The notes below the pieces were generated by a model that saw only the letters and a list, made by a program, of their open reading frames with translations, made no database searches and was not told the origin of the DNA. Made by a program: the position numbers and the translations under genes. Below, one piece after another: positions 9,138-18,097 of a stretch of 54,511 nucleotides of DNA (positions are counted from its first letter, which is position 1; each line of letters begins with the position of its first letter). Source of the DNA: a virus. Its lineage: Duplodnaviria > Caudoviricetes. The stretch covers positions 1-54,511 of the IMG/VR virus record IMGVR_UViG_3300025695_000014; one strand, 5' to 3'.

Positions 9138-9491
9138 TTATGACTTATAGCCCCCACCAGCTTTCTTGTAAGCAGATGCCAGCATCTGTGCCTTTCGTGC
9201 TGACCACTGTCCGGGTTTACCGCCCTTATCACCAGCCTTGATACGTTCGAACTGTTGCTTTCTCATTCCGGGCTTAGTGTAGTTGCCAGCTTCATTAACT
9301 CGACTTTTGCTTTTCGTTTCACCGCCCTTCGCATAGCCAGTCTTTCCAACCGACCCTCCTTGCGCTTTCTTTTCAACACCCGTGATTTTGCCAGCGTTCC
9401 TGCTTGCGTAGAAGACCTGTTCACCCTTCTTCCCCCCGTAAGTGCGTTGCATTGATTTCATAATGTCTTTGCCTTTTTTAGTTAGGGGCAT
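9138..9491 (-). CDS. Small basic protein (DUF5872-like)
   Basis: NYTKPGMRK...GQWSARKAQMLASAYKKAGGGY. Confidence 0.7.
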   Translation of the reverse strand: MPLTKKGKDIMKSMQRTYGGKKGEQVFYASRNAGKITGVEKKAQGGSVGKTGYAKGGETKSKSRVNEAGNYTKPGMRKQQFERIKAGDKGGKPGQWSARKAQMLASAYKKAGGGYKS

Positions 9492-9736
9492 CACGTACCT
9501 CGTGGGCTTGTATATTTTTTATTGGTGAGTTTATCAAAACTTTCTTTTGAAAGGGGGGCGTTGTACTCGTGATATTCGTGAGTATAACCGTCGGTTTCTT
9601 TTTCAACTGTTCTACCCCGAATAACTCCCTGACGAATTTTGGGAGGGGGAGTAGGTCGAGTGCTATAGTTTTGTCCTTGTTCTTTATTTTTTTCTGCGGA
9701 GGAATCTGCAGAACGAGGGACTTGATATCTTGTCAT
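9491..9736 (-). CDS. Hypothetical protein
   Basis: 81-aa ORF filling the gap, coupled to neighbours. Confidence 0.55.
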   Translation of the reverse strand: MTRYQVPRSADSSAEKNKEQGQNYSTRPTPPPKIRQGVIRGRTVEKETDGYTHEYHEYNAPLSKESFDKLTNKKYTSPRGT

Positions 9737-9737
9737 T

Positions 9738-10223
9738 TTAAAATTCTCCCTTTCTCATAGCTTCGGAAAGTTTGTGTGCGCGATTGCCAACCTGCCTAGC
9801 CCACAGCGAGTCGGTCATTTCAAAACTTGCAGACTCGAAGTTCGCGTCGTGGATTGCGTACCACATCTTTTTGAACTTACACAGGCGAGGGACACCCATG
9901 TTGAAGGCCATGTCAACAAGTATCATTTGGCGAACCGCATCGAGGTTATCAACACACGGGTGAACTGCGACCAGTTCCTTTTCGACAATTCGAATATCGT
10001 TCATAGCCATGTACCGTGCATCAGCTTCAGAGATACCCTTTTTGTATACCTCTTCCATGCCGGATATGCCCATGTATTCTAGCTCTTCTTTGGTAATACC
10101 CCGGTCACGAAGGTTACGACCGATGCCGATGGTGTCGATGCCGAGCGTATCTTGGTATACTTGGCAGACCATTCCTTCGTGTTCGATTACTTTATCAAGC
10201 AGGTGGCTTGTGTCGTATTTCAT
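9738..10223 (-). CDS. Endolysin, T4-type lysozyme (GH24)
   Basis: HEG-x5-YQDTLGIDTIGIG (E-x8-D-x5-T triad), DMAFNMG, SLWARQVGNRA. Confidence 0.9.
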   Translation of the reverse strand: MKYDTSHLLDKVIEHEGMVCQVYQDTLGIDTIGIGRNLRDRGITKEELEYMGISGMEEVYKKGISEADARYMAMNDIRIVEKELVAVHPCVDNLDAVRQMILVDMAFNMGVPRLCKFKKMWYAIHDANFESASFEMTDSLWARQVGNRAHKLSEAMRKGEF

Positions 10224-10424
10224 CTACTTCTTTCCTTCGTTGCTCATCCAAACGCCAAACGCACCTGTCATAGCTCCCATGACAACGGAGACAAACGCTG
10301 ATTGTGGTGCTGTCGGGTCTTCCAAGCTCATAAACCACTCTGCACAACGCCAACTCATTAAGGTCATTATCAGCATCATAAATCGTGGAAGTATTTTCCA
10401 TTCTAAGATTTGCTTCGAACTCAC
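10224..10424 (-). CDS. Two-TM membrane protein (holin/antiholin-like)
   Basis: Two hydrophobic helices, adjacent to the lysozyme. Confidence 0.6.
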   Translation of the reverse strand: MSSKQILEWKILPRFMMLIMTLMSWRCAEWFMSLEDPTAPQSAFVSVVMGAMTGAFGVWMSNEGKK

Positions 10425-10822
10425 TTGGTCAGTCCTTTGACCTTTTCTACTGTTCTCAAGCCGCCAAGTCCTAACATTCCAAGAAGCACAGTCATTAGGC
10501 TATCCATGTCAAACACAGGCAACTCAGGTAGTTCCATACCTGCCATCCCTGCACCGAAAATGATGAACGGAGCTAGGATAAAATGCCATGCCATCGCAAA
10601 AGAAAGCACCCACCCAAGAAAGGGACGCCAACCCGCTACAAAAATAGACCGATGCTGGGCTTCGGCCTTGTTTATTTCGAGTTGCCCCATCGCTTGTTGC
10701 TGGGCATGTTTTTGAGACATCGTGGCTATTTCGTGAGCCAGCTTTGCCTTTTGGTCTTTGTCTTCAATGAACTGGTCAAGAAGATTTGTTACGGGACCGA
10801 TAAGATTTGCTAACATTTCCAT
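10421..10822 (-). CDS. Holin (3TM / GTA-holin family)
   Basis: FVAGWRPFLGW...GMLGLGGLRTVEKVKG. Confidence 0.8.
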   Translation of the reverse strand: MEMLANLIGPVTNLLDQFIEDKDQKAKLAHEIATMSQKHAQQQAMGQLEINKAEAQHRSIFVAGWRPFLGWVLSFAMAWHFILAPFIIFGAGMAGMELPELPVFDMDSLMTVLLGMLGLGGLRTVEKVKGLTK

Positions 10823-11106
10823 CTCTTTCTTGCTTGGCGAAGACGACTGTTTGGGTCTTTCGCTGCTTTCGGAAACTTCTTCATTTGTCCGGCAGACCGC
10901 GCACAGAAAGACTTGCGTCGCTTGGCGTCCTTGCTTCCGGCTTTTACCTTTCCGGTCACCGCTGTTTTGAGCTTCGAACCGGGATTCTTTTTTCTATATT
11001 CCTTGACGCCTTTTGCTGTCATACCCGCACCAGACTTGGTAGGGCGATAGTTCGCGCCTTTTCCTGTCGTGGTTCGTTTGATGGGGTTTTCTTTTTTGCG
11101 TGGCAT
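10810..11106 (-). CDS. Small basic phage protein
   Basis: KRRKSFCARS...DPNSRLRQARKRWKC. Confidence 0.75.
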   Translation of the reverse strand: MPRKKENPIKRTTTGKGANYRPTKSGAGMTAKGVKEYRKKNPGSKLKTAVTGKVKAGSKDAKRRKSFCARSAGQMKKFPKAAKDPNSRLRQARKRWKC

Positions 11107-11133
11107 AGGGTTTACCCCCGGCAAGGTTGATTG

Positions 11134-11162
11134 CTTATATCATATAAATTAAAAGTCGTCAA
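11134..11162 (-). promoter_or_regulatory. Sigma70-type promoter for the lysis cluster
   Basis: TTGACG-N17-TATAAG. Confidence 0.6.
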
Positions 11163-11186
11163 GGGGGAAAGTTACCCCTCCCCCTC
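11161..11186 (-). terminator. Hairpin terminator after the capsid genes
   Basis: GGGGGAG-loop-TTCCCCC followed by a T-rich stretch. Confidence 0.55.
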
Positions 11187-11197
11187 AACTAAGATGT

Positions 11198-11611
11198 TTA
11201 GGCGAATGCCGCAGCAGTTTCACCTGCACCTAGCTCTGCCATAAGAGCAAACACGCGAACCTTGCCAGCAAAGTCAGCAGTGTCAACAGACAGGTCAATG
11301 GTGTCGGCTGCAGTATACAGCTTTGGAGTAGCACTCATTTCTACGCCATTGGCGGTGTTACCGTCGAGGTCAGAAACCCAGAGGTCAACGTCAGTGTCGC
11401 CCAGTTCAATGAGCGAAGTTGCGCCACCTGCAGTCAGGATTTCAACACCTGCCATAAGGACAAGAGTGTTAGCGTTCATTTCGATTGCCTGAACAATATC
11501 CGTACCAGCAACGAGGTTGGTGGTGGAAAAGTCCAGAACAACTTCAACGAGTTGAGGCTTGATACCGACAGGGACGCCAGCAGCAGCATTAGTTACAGTG
11601 TAAGTAGCCAT
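11198..11611 (-). CDS. Capsid decoration / minor capsid protein
   Basis: Immediately after the major capsid gene; beta-rich 137 aa. Confidence 0.65.
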   Translation of the reverse strand: MATYTVTNAAAGVPVGIKPQLVEVVLDFSTTNLVAGTDIVQAIEMNANTLVLMAGVEILTAGGATSLIELGDTDVDLWVSDLDGNTANGVEMSATPKLYTAADTIDLSVDTADFAGKVRVFALMAELGAGETAAAFA

Positions 11612-11626
11612 TATCTAGTCTCCCTA

Positions 11627-12601
11627 TTAGTCTAAGCTAACGACGCCACGAACGAGTGCTTCTGGGCGAAGGACCTTACGTCCAAACACATGAAGACCAC
11701 GAACGATGTCGCTGAAGGTTTCAGTTGAGCGAACAACTTCTGTTTTCGCGATGTGCGAAGCAGTAGCTGTTGAGGACATGTGACCCGCAAGAATTGCGTT
11801 CTCAGTGCCGTCTGTTGCTAGACCAGAGATTGTTACTTGGTCAGTGCCGCCTGTAGAAACAAGGGCAGTTGACTTGTAACACTGGAAGCCAGCAATGTTG
11901 CCCAGCGATACAAGGCCGTTACGCAGAGGTGAAGTTGCGTCGCCAGTAACCTGTACTTCTGCGAACTTCGAACCTGCTGAGAACAGGTGCTTGTAGAAAG
12001 CTGGAGGAGCAACGAACCAACGGTTTTCTTCTGGAACTGACTGGTCGTCCAGAGCCTGTGCCATGATAAGCATGGTGTTGACTGCTGTGTCGCCGGGGCT
12101 GGTTGCACCGCCGATGTCCAGAGCTGTACCCAGTGTGCCGATGCCAGAAATCTGGTCAACAGAAGCACCTGATTCACCTGTCAGGCCAGCGTTGGTTGCC
12201 ATTGCGTCTAGGACGTTAGCGTCGTACTTACGCTTCAGGGAGTATGCACCTGAAGAAGTCGCAAGAGCTTCGAAGTTAACGTGTGACTGACGCTCTTCAA
12301 TGTCGTCAATCTTGAACGCAAAAGCGTTTGCTTGGTCAACAACCATTGTGATTTGGTCGTCGGCAAGGTCTTGTGGGTTAACCACTGAACCGCGAGAGTA
12401 TGCGGATACTGTGATTGTTGGTTCTTTGATGATACGAACCGTGTCGCCAAAGTTCTCAATTTCGCCAGCGTAATCGGTATTGGTGATGTCTTCCGCAACC
12501 GAAGCGCGACGGAAGAATTTGAGAACCTTTTGACTGAAGATTTCCGGTGTAAAGTTACCGGAAGGCAGGTTGTTATAACCTGATGCGCTATCAAAAGCCA
12601 T
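11627..12601 (-). CDS. Major capsid protein
   Basis: NFTPEIFSQKVL...TNTDYAGEIENFGDTVRI...FSDIVRGLHVFGRKVLRPEAL. Confidence 0.93.
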   Translation of the reverse strand: MAFDSASGYNNLPSGNFTPEIFSQKVLKFFRRASVAEDITNTDYAGEIENFGDTVRIIKEPTITVSAYSRGSVVNPQDLADDQITMVVDQANAFAFKIDDIEERQSHVNFEALATSSGAYSLKRKYDANVLDAMATNAGLTGESGASVDQISGIGTLGTALDIGGATSPGDTAVNTMLIMAQALDDQSVPEENRWFVAPPAFYKHLFSAGSKFAEVQVTGDATSPLRNGLVSLGNIAGFQCYKSTALVSTGGTDQVTISGLATDGTENAILAGHMSSTATASHIAKTEVVRSTETFSDIVRGLHVFGRKVLRPEALVRGVVSLD

Positions 12602-12630
12602 TGGATTATCCTTCCATTTTTGAGGTTAGG

Positions 12631-13533
12631 TTAGTTGTTGTAGTCGATTCGCCCTTCTGCCCTCGCAGAGTCCAGTTCGCTTTCTAGCTTTTCGAACTCG
12701 TGGGGTTTCATTTTGGCGATTTGTGAAGCCTTCCAAATACGCTTGTTCCCATCGTTTTCTGAGACAATATCTCTTGCTTTTGGGGCTGATACTGCAGATG
12801 CTGCATCAGGCGTACTGGATTTCTTCCGTTTTGTAGTAATTCCTGCATCTACTTTGTACAGATCAATTACTCGTGCAGCCCACTTAACATCCGTATTGTT
12901 TTTATTGATACCATCTGAGATGTTTGTTGGTTGTTCTTGGAGCCACATTAAGAACTTTTCATCCTTTCGCAAATCGTCGAAATCTGGATGTAGGTTCTTT
13001 AGTTCTCGATAAGCGGTTTGAACCTGAAGATTCTTTTCCTTTTCACGAAGTTGTTCAATCTCCTTTTGTAATTCTGTGGTTCTTTCACTGGCTTGCATTG
13101 CTGCAACAGTTTCTACAACCCCATATACATCCGGATATTGTTTTTTGAACTCTTCCAACTCTTCGGTAGTCTTAGGCAAACGAACGTTACTTTCCTGCAG
13201 TTTTTGTTTTGCTCGTTGCTCTAGTTCTGCCTCTTTTTGCTGAAATTCCTTTAGCTTATCATCATAGTGACGTTTTAGATCATCATACCGTTTTTTGTAA
13301 TCGTGATCCGGAGAAGCCTCAGTTTTCGTTGTTGCAAAACTTTCGTTAGAGTCGTCTTCGTTGTTGGTTTCAACACCAGATGCTTCTACTTCATCTTGAG
13401 GGGTATCGTCATCGTCGTCTTCGTAGACGTCTTTTCGATAGTTGCCTTTGTAGAGATTGGCGTTGTTGATTGTTCCAAAGGAATCGTTAGGTTTGTTTCC
13501 GCGATGACCGCGAACTTTTTTTTGGGTTGCCAT
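12631..13533 (-). CDS. Scaffolding protein
   Basis: Acidic coiled coil, YKKRYDDLKRHY, ends ARAEGRI; between portal and capsid genes. Confidence 0.85.
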   Translation of the reverse strand: MATQKKVRGHRGNKPNDSFGTINNANLYKGNYRKDVYEDDDDDTPQDEVEASGVETNNEDDSNESFATTKTEASPDHDYKKRYDDLKRHYDDKLKEFQQKEAELEQRAKQKLQESNVRLPKTTEELEEFKKQYPDVYGVVETVAAMQASERTTELQKEIEQLREKEKNLQVQTAYRELKNLHPDFDDLRKDEKFLMWLQEQPTNISDGINKNNTDVKWAARVIDLYKVDAGITTKRKKSSTPDAASAVSAPKARDIVSENDGNKRIWKASQIAKMKPHEFEKLESELDSARAEGRIDYNN

Positions 13534-13550
13534 TTTATTTACCTCATCAT

Positions 13551-13614
13551 GCGGGGCCACATGGCTGTGGGTAGCCGCTTCGGTTGTGTCGGGGCCGCTG
13601 GACGGGTAGCCGAC
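13551..13614 (-). promoter_or_regulatory. Tandem structured RNA element in the scaffold 5' leader
   Basis: GTCGG-CTAC-CCG...CGG-CC-CCGAC and GCGG-CTAC-CCAC...GTGG-CC-CCGC. Confidence 0.65.
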
Positions 13615-13633
13615 GAATTCTTCTACTGGGCTT

Positions 13634-15670
13634 TTACGGAAATTCCGGTGCAGCCATCAGAGAATAATAATCATGTCCACCCATGCTTGAATGATACTGC
13701 ATCAGGGGATTCTTTTCAAAATCTTGAGCAAGAGGAGCGGTGGGTGTTGTATAAAACATTACGTCTTCGGGTAAGATAGGATCGAATTCGTATTCAGGGC
13801 TGGTTAGAATTTCAGCAGCCGAAAATATCTTTGATACGGCTCCGGGAACTCGTCCTTCTACAATTTCTGTAAGACGATCTGAAAGGTTTGTGGGTTCAAG
13901 ACCGTCGTACTGAAACATTCTGCTTCCGCTACCGCGAGAAGATCTTTGCTTCATGACAGCAGACAGGTCGTTGACGTTTTTAAAGTCGGGGCGATTAGTT
14001 GATGCTCGGTTTATTGCAGTTTGTCCAACAGCTACCATTGATTCTACGGGATCAGTGGCTGCAGTTGTTTCAACCAACGCAATAACAGCAAGACGTTCTT
14101 TGTCGGTTAAACTATCGATAAGCTGTTCGACAGAGGCTCTGTCTTTTTTGCTTTTTAAAAACTTGTTGAATTTCTTTTTGGTAGACTTAGGAAGGGGAAT
14201 GTCTGATTCGTAGGGAATTTCTTCTCCCACATCACCTACCAAGTCTCCGTCTGCGTAGCCATTAATAAAGCCGCCTTGTGCTGCTTGCTGCTGACGCTCT
14301 CCAACTTCTCGTTTTCCACGATTATTGATTTTACGAAGACGATCAAGACCGATGATTTTCACAAGAGCAGGTGGTACAACGACTTCGCCTTTTGAAAGGG
14401 CGACATCCACATTCTCTTCATCTATTGTAGGATCTCCGCGACCAATGTCAAGTCCTTTTTCTCGTGCGGTAGCGTATGCCTTAAGAACCATGTTGCGAAT
14501 GTCATCTGATCCAGCAAATTCTACGGCAGGAGCGTTAATAACAAATGAGCCTTCTTGGACTTGTCCGTTTTCAGTGTCGGCTACTGTTTGGGTAGGTGTA
14601 AACTGTTCGGGTGGACCATCGACAAATCCGGCTTGACCCGGATTAAGAGCTAGATCCCCATTTGCCATGCCAACAAGGCCTCCTCTGTTAAAACCAGAAG
14701 GATTTCCTGATGGGGATACGCCAGCGACACCTACACCGGATGAACTACCTGACGAGCTGCCGGACGAACTACTTGACGAACCCCCAGCTTCTCCCGGGTG
14801 AGAGCCTGTGCCAAAAGTTCCGCCTTGACTTCCAATCACACTTCCTGTGCCTCTTCCCGGTTCTGCATAAGCGTACGCCATAACATCTTCTACAGCCATC
14901 TGGGCTTCTTCAGACATCATTATGTTTTGCATAATGTTAGATTGTATTGGAGCGTTATATGGATTTTGTTGAAGGTACTGTAAAACTGCTTTTTTTACCG
15001 TATGGTACGGCATCTGTTGGCCTGTTACGGGATCAGTTAAATTTCCATATAGCTTTCCGTTAACAACAGCAACGTTCATGCCGTTTACAGAAACAACTCC
15101 GTTTTCTGTGTTGCTGATGTTAATTGAATTTGTTGTAGCTTGCTCTTGCTTGTTTTGCATAAACGAACCCATAGCCGACGCTACTACTCCAAGACCTCCC
15201 GCCCCCATCATACCCATAAAACCGGGGGGAGAATCACTTACAAGACCTGTGTTGGGATTTACAGAGGTAGCAAGACCTATTTGACCAGCAAGAAGATCCC
15301 CATACGTTGAAGGACTCATAATAGACGCATTTTCAATTGCCATCGATTCTGCTGTCTGGGCTGCTGTAGCAACATTGGCAGGACCAATATTAAGTCCTCC
15401 TTGAGTGCCGCCACTTATTGTCGTACCTGTTCCCGATTGAGTATCTCTGCCTCCGCCTCCTGAAGGTGTGGAAGGTGCAGAAGGAGAAGAAGCTGTTGGT
15501 GCGGCGGGGGGCATTGGAAAAGCCTGTTGAACAAACTGTGTTGGAGTAGGAGCAGAGGGAGCAACCATAGCTCCTGCCATTGCAGCAAACGGTGAAACCC
15601 TGTTAACGACGTACGGAGCCATATTGTACCCTACCGATCCGTACATCATGTTGTATAAATAACTACTCAT
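13634..15670 (-). CDS. Internal virion protein with C-terminal SleB/CwlJ-like (Hydrolase_2) cell-wall hydrolase domain
   Basis: LAVIALVE...MVAVGQTAINRA...FQY...VMFYTTP...GGHDYY; low-complexity N-terminus. Confidence 0.7.
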   Translation of the reverse strand: MSSYLYNMMYGSVGYNMAPYVVNRVSPFAAMAGAMVAPSAPTPTQFVQQAFPMPPAAPTASSPSAPSTPSGGGGRDTQSGTGTTISGGTQGGLNIGPANVATAAQTAESMAIENASIMSPSTYGDLLAGQIGLATSVNPNTGLVSDSPPGFMGMMGAGGLGVVASAMGSFMQNKQEQATTNSINISNTENGVVSVNGMNVAVVNGKLYGNLTDPVTGQQMPYHTVKKAVLQYLQQNPYNAPIQSNIMQNIMMSEEAQMAVEDVMAYAYAEPGRGTGSVIGSQGGTFGTGSHPGEAGGSSSSSSGSSSGSSSGVGVAGVSPSGNPSGFNRGGLVGMANGDLALNPGQAGFVDGPPEQFTPTQTVADTENGQVQEGSFVINAPAVEFAGSDDIRNMVLKAYATAREKGLDIGRGDPTIDEENVDVALSKGEVVVPPALVKIIGLDRLRKINNRGKREVGERQQQAAQGGFINGYADGDLVGDVGEEIPYESDIPLPKSTKKKFNKFLKSKKDRASVEQLIDSLTDKERLAVIALVETTAATDPVESMVAVGQTAINRASTNRPDFKNVNDLSAVMKQRSSRGSGSRMFQYDGLEPTNLSDRLTEIVEGRVPGAVSKIFSAAEILTSPEYEFDPILPEDVMFYTTPTAPLAQDFEKNPLMQYHSSMGGHDYYSLMAAPEFP

Positions 15671-15899
15671 CTGATTCCTTCATAGCCATCGCTGCGTTAA
15701 AGTCGTCTTTAAGACCCTTAAGTTTCTCCAGTGAAGTTATCTTCCCCTGCAACCGGAACACTTCCAGTTCCGATTGTGCCGCCACCAACCCCCGAAGCGT
15801 CATCTGGATTTGCTCCCGGAGGTACTCCTCCAGACTCTCCCATGCTTCCTTGTTCGTTACCAGAGGGCTGACCTTGCTGGCTTGCTTCCTGTTGAGCAT
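15663..15899 (-). CDS. Small protein overlapping the portal C-terminus
   Basis: WESLEEYL...VFRLQGKI; SD AAAGGA upstream. Confidence 0.7.
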   Translation of the reverse strand: MLNRKQASKVSPLVTNKEAWESLEEYLREQIQMTLRGLVAAQSELEVFRLQGKITSLEKLKGLKDDFNAAMAMKESDE

Positions 15900-17826
15900 T
15901 TGCTAATCCTTTCAACATCTCTGCAAAAATCTGGGCTTCGCTAACGTCGTTTACCAAACTGTCGGGATCGATATCCTGTGCAATTGCCAGTTCTCGCATC
16001 AAGTTCGGTATTTTAATGAACGGAGCTAACATAGGGTTGCTGACTGTTTGCAACAGGGTGGTAAGACGTTGGGTACGCACCTCTTTTTGCATAACGGCGG
16101 CAACACCGCGAGGTTTGATCTCCAAATCCCCCTCAATCTCAGGGGAGTCTTCGTTAAATTGCATGTTCCATTGAAATAGCGATTCACCAAGAGGCTTTAA
16201 CAAATGATCGTCAATGTTCTTAATGACCGTTTTAAGAGACAGACTAGCCCCACCAAGAAGCATCGATAGCCCTGCAGCAGTACGTCCTGTACCTGTTACG
16301 CCTGTTTGACCGTGCATAATTGACGGCAGACCTGTTTCTTCGTCAGCTAGTTGGCGACTGATCTGATACATCTGGATGTTTTCACCAGCCGTGTTTGGAA
16401 ACTTGAGACCGTTGATTGCTGTTCCGGTAACACCTGACTGACGTCTGAAAATCTTACCCGGAAAGATATCCATGTTTTGACCCGGCACAAGGCTGGCTTC
16501 ATCAACATCAAACACAAGATTACCCGCAAGAGCGAGGTTATCGATAGCCATCCGAACGTGACCGTTCATAAGCATTTGGGCATCTTCCATGTTTTCGGCT
16601 ACACCAACGCCCCAAATCTGGTACGGATTAATCTCGTAAGGAAAGATTTGATACGGAATACGGTACGGGGTAAATGGGTTAATCACGCACCGAAGAATCT
16701 CGTTGCCACACACCCACACGTTTACTTGAACCTGATCCAGTTCGTCGATGTTATCTCCAATATCCATTCCAACTTCTTGGGCAAACTTTGCGTCAAGAAC
16801 CCCCCAATACTCAAGAACCTCAAAGCGGTTCTCTTGGTAGTAAGATTCAGTTTCGTCTTCACGGATAGTGTCTTCGTAGTATTTGTCTTCGTAGTTTGAC
16901 CCTTTTGCAATAACGTTTTCAATTGCATCTTTGTAAAAATAAGGGTGGCTAAGAAGGTTACGAAGTTGTTGGCGATTCATGCGATGGCGTTGAATAACGT
17001 ATTCGCAATCTTCCATCGATGTAGCGGATGGATCCGGATGAAAGTCCCAAACAGATACGTGTTCGATGCGAGGAACAATCTTTTCGTACGGCATATACTG
17101 CCGACCCATCTCTGTTTTTTCCCACTTGTGGATTCGCTTGTAGTAGTTGAACGGTCCTTTGATGATGCCAGATCCAAGCAAGGCGGATTCAAAGATAGCA
17201 TTGCGAAGGACGTTAACTGCACTGGTATCAAGCAACTGGTCGTGAATTTGCTTTTCCATGTTTAGAGCAGCCTTTTGAGCCGGACTAATCTGAGGCTCAC
17301 CCATAAGAGATGGACCTTCTGCAAGAGGCATACCATTGTATCGATTTTGCATACCCCCAAGAAAATCCAGCGGAGTTGCTTGAGTTGCTCCGGGCGGAAG
17401 ATTTCTTCCATCCCCCGGAAATCCGTACATATCCGTCGGTTCTTGATTTACAATGTCATCAAGGGGTGTGCGAAGATGAGCAAACTCGGCTATTCCTTCC
17501 GGAACAGGGGTTGACTCCACAACAATGGGAAACTTTTTGTTTGAAAACAGAATGTCAACAATTTGCCCGTACGCAGCCAGCACTTTAGTTTTGGTAATTT
17601 TAATAAATACCTTTGACTTTTCAGATTCACGATATTGAGTCGTTGAATCGTAGATGCCGCGAAAGTTTTTGTACGCCTTCAACCAACGCTGCTCGTAAGC
17701 ATAGCGTCCGTTTTCAGAGTCTTCGAACTTCTTTTTGATGTGTTCTGCCAGAGCTGGCATCGCTTCGCTGGGTTCGTAAACTACAACGGGCGTGTCATCT
17801 GCTGGTTCAAGGAAATTATCAGACAT
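15718..17826 (-). CDS. Portal protein
   Basis: 702 aa, SKVFIKITKTKVLAAYGQI, FHPDP, PYEINPY..WGVGVAENM. Confidence 0.9.
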   Translation of the reverse strand: MSDNFLEPADDTPVVVYEPSEAMPALAEHIKKKFEDSENGRYAYEQRWLKAYKNFRGIYDSTTQYRESEKSKVFIKITKTKVLAAYGQIVDILFSNKKFPIVVESTPVPEGIAEFAHLRTPLDDIVNQEPTDMYGFPGDGRNLPPGATQATPLDFLGGMQNRYNGMPLAEGPSLMGEPQISPAQKAALNMEKQIHDQLLDTSAVNVLRNAIFESALLGSGIIKGPFNYYKRIHKWEKTEMGRQYMPYEKIVPRIEHVSVWDFHPDPSATSMEDCEYVIQRHRMNRQQLRNLLSHPYFYKDAIENVIAKGSNYEDKYYEDTIREDETESYYQENRFEVLEYWGVLDAKFAQEVGMDIGDNIDELDQVQVNVWVCGNEILRCVINPFTPYRIPYQIFPYEINPYQIWGVGVAENMEDAQMLMNGHVRMAIDNLALAGNLVFDVDEASLVPGQNMDIFPGKIFRRQSGVTGTAINGLKFPNTAGENIQMYQISRQLADEETGLPSIMHGQTGVTGTGRTAAGLSMLLGGASLSLKTVIKNIDDHLLKPLGESLFQWNMQFNEDSPEIEGDLEIKPRGVAAVMQKEVRTQRLTTLLQTVSNPMLAPFIKIPNLMRELAIAQDIDPDSLVNDVSEAQIFAEMLKGLANAQQEASQQGQPSGNEQGSMGESGGVPPGANPDDASGVGGGTIGTGSVPVAGEDNFTGET

Positions 17827-17851
17827 TGTAATCTTTCAAGAAAGTTAAGAT

Positions 17852-18070
17852 CTAGTAGTCGCGTTCTTCAGCCATTTTCATGACGGATGGATCAACAGCC
17901 TTTTTGGTCATCTTTTTTGGCATGTCTTCCGTAAGAACAGCAGTCTTAGCACGAGTATCGAACTCAAGACCTTCACGGTACAATTTGCTTTCGCCCATGT
18001 TTGCATCAACGGATGTTTTGTCAGCGTTCATGATGTAAGCTGCACCATAATTATAGTTGTTCATTGGCAT
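17852..18070 (-). CDS. Hypothetical protein
   Basis: 72 aa, SD AAGGGAG. Confidence 0.7.
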   Translation of the reverse strand: MPMNNYNYGAAYIMNADKTSVDANMGESKLYREGLEFDTRAKTAVLTEDMPKKMTKKAVDPSVMKMAEERDY

Positions 18071-18097
18071 TGTTTTTTGCTCCCTTAGAATAGGTTG

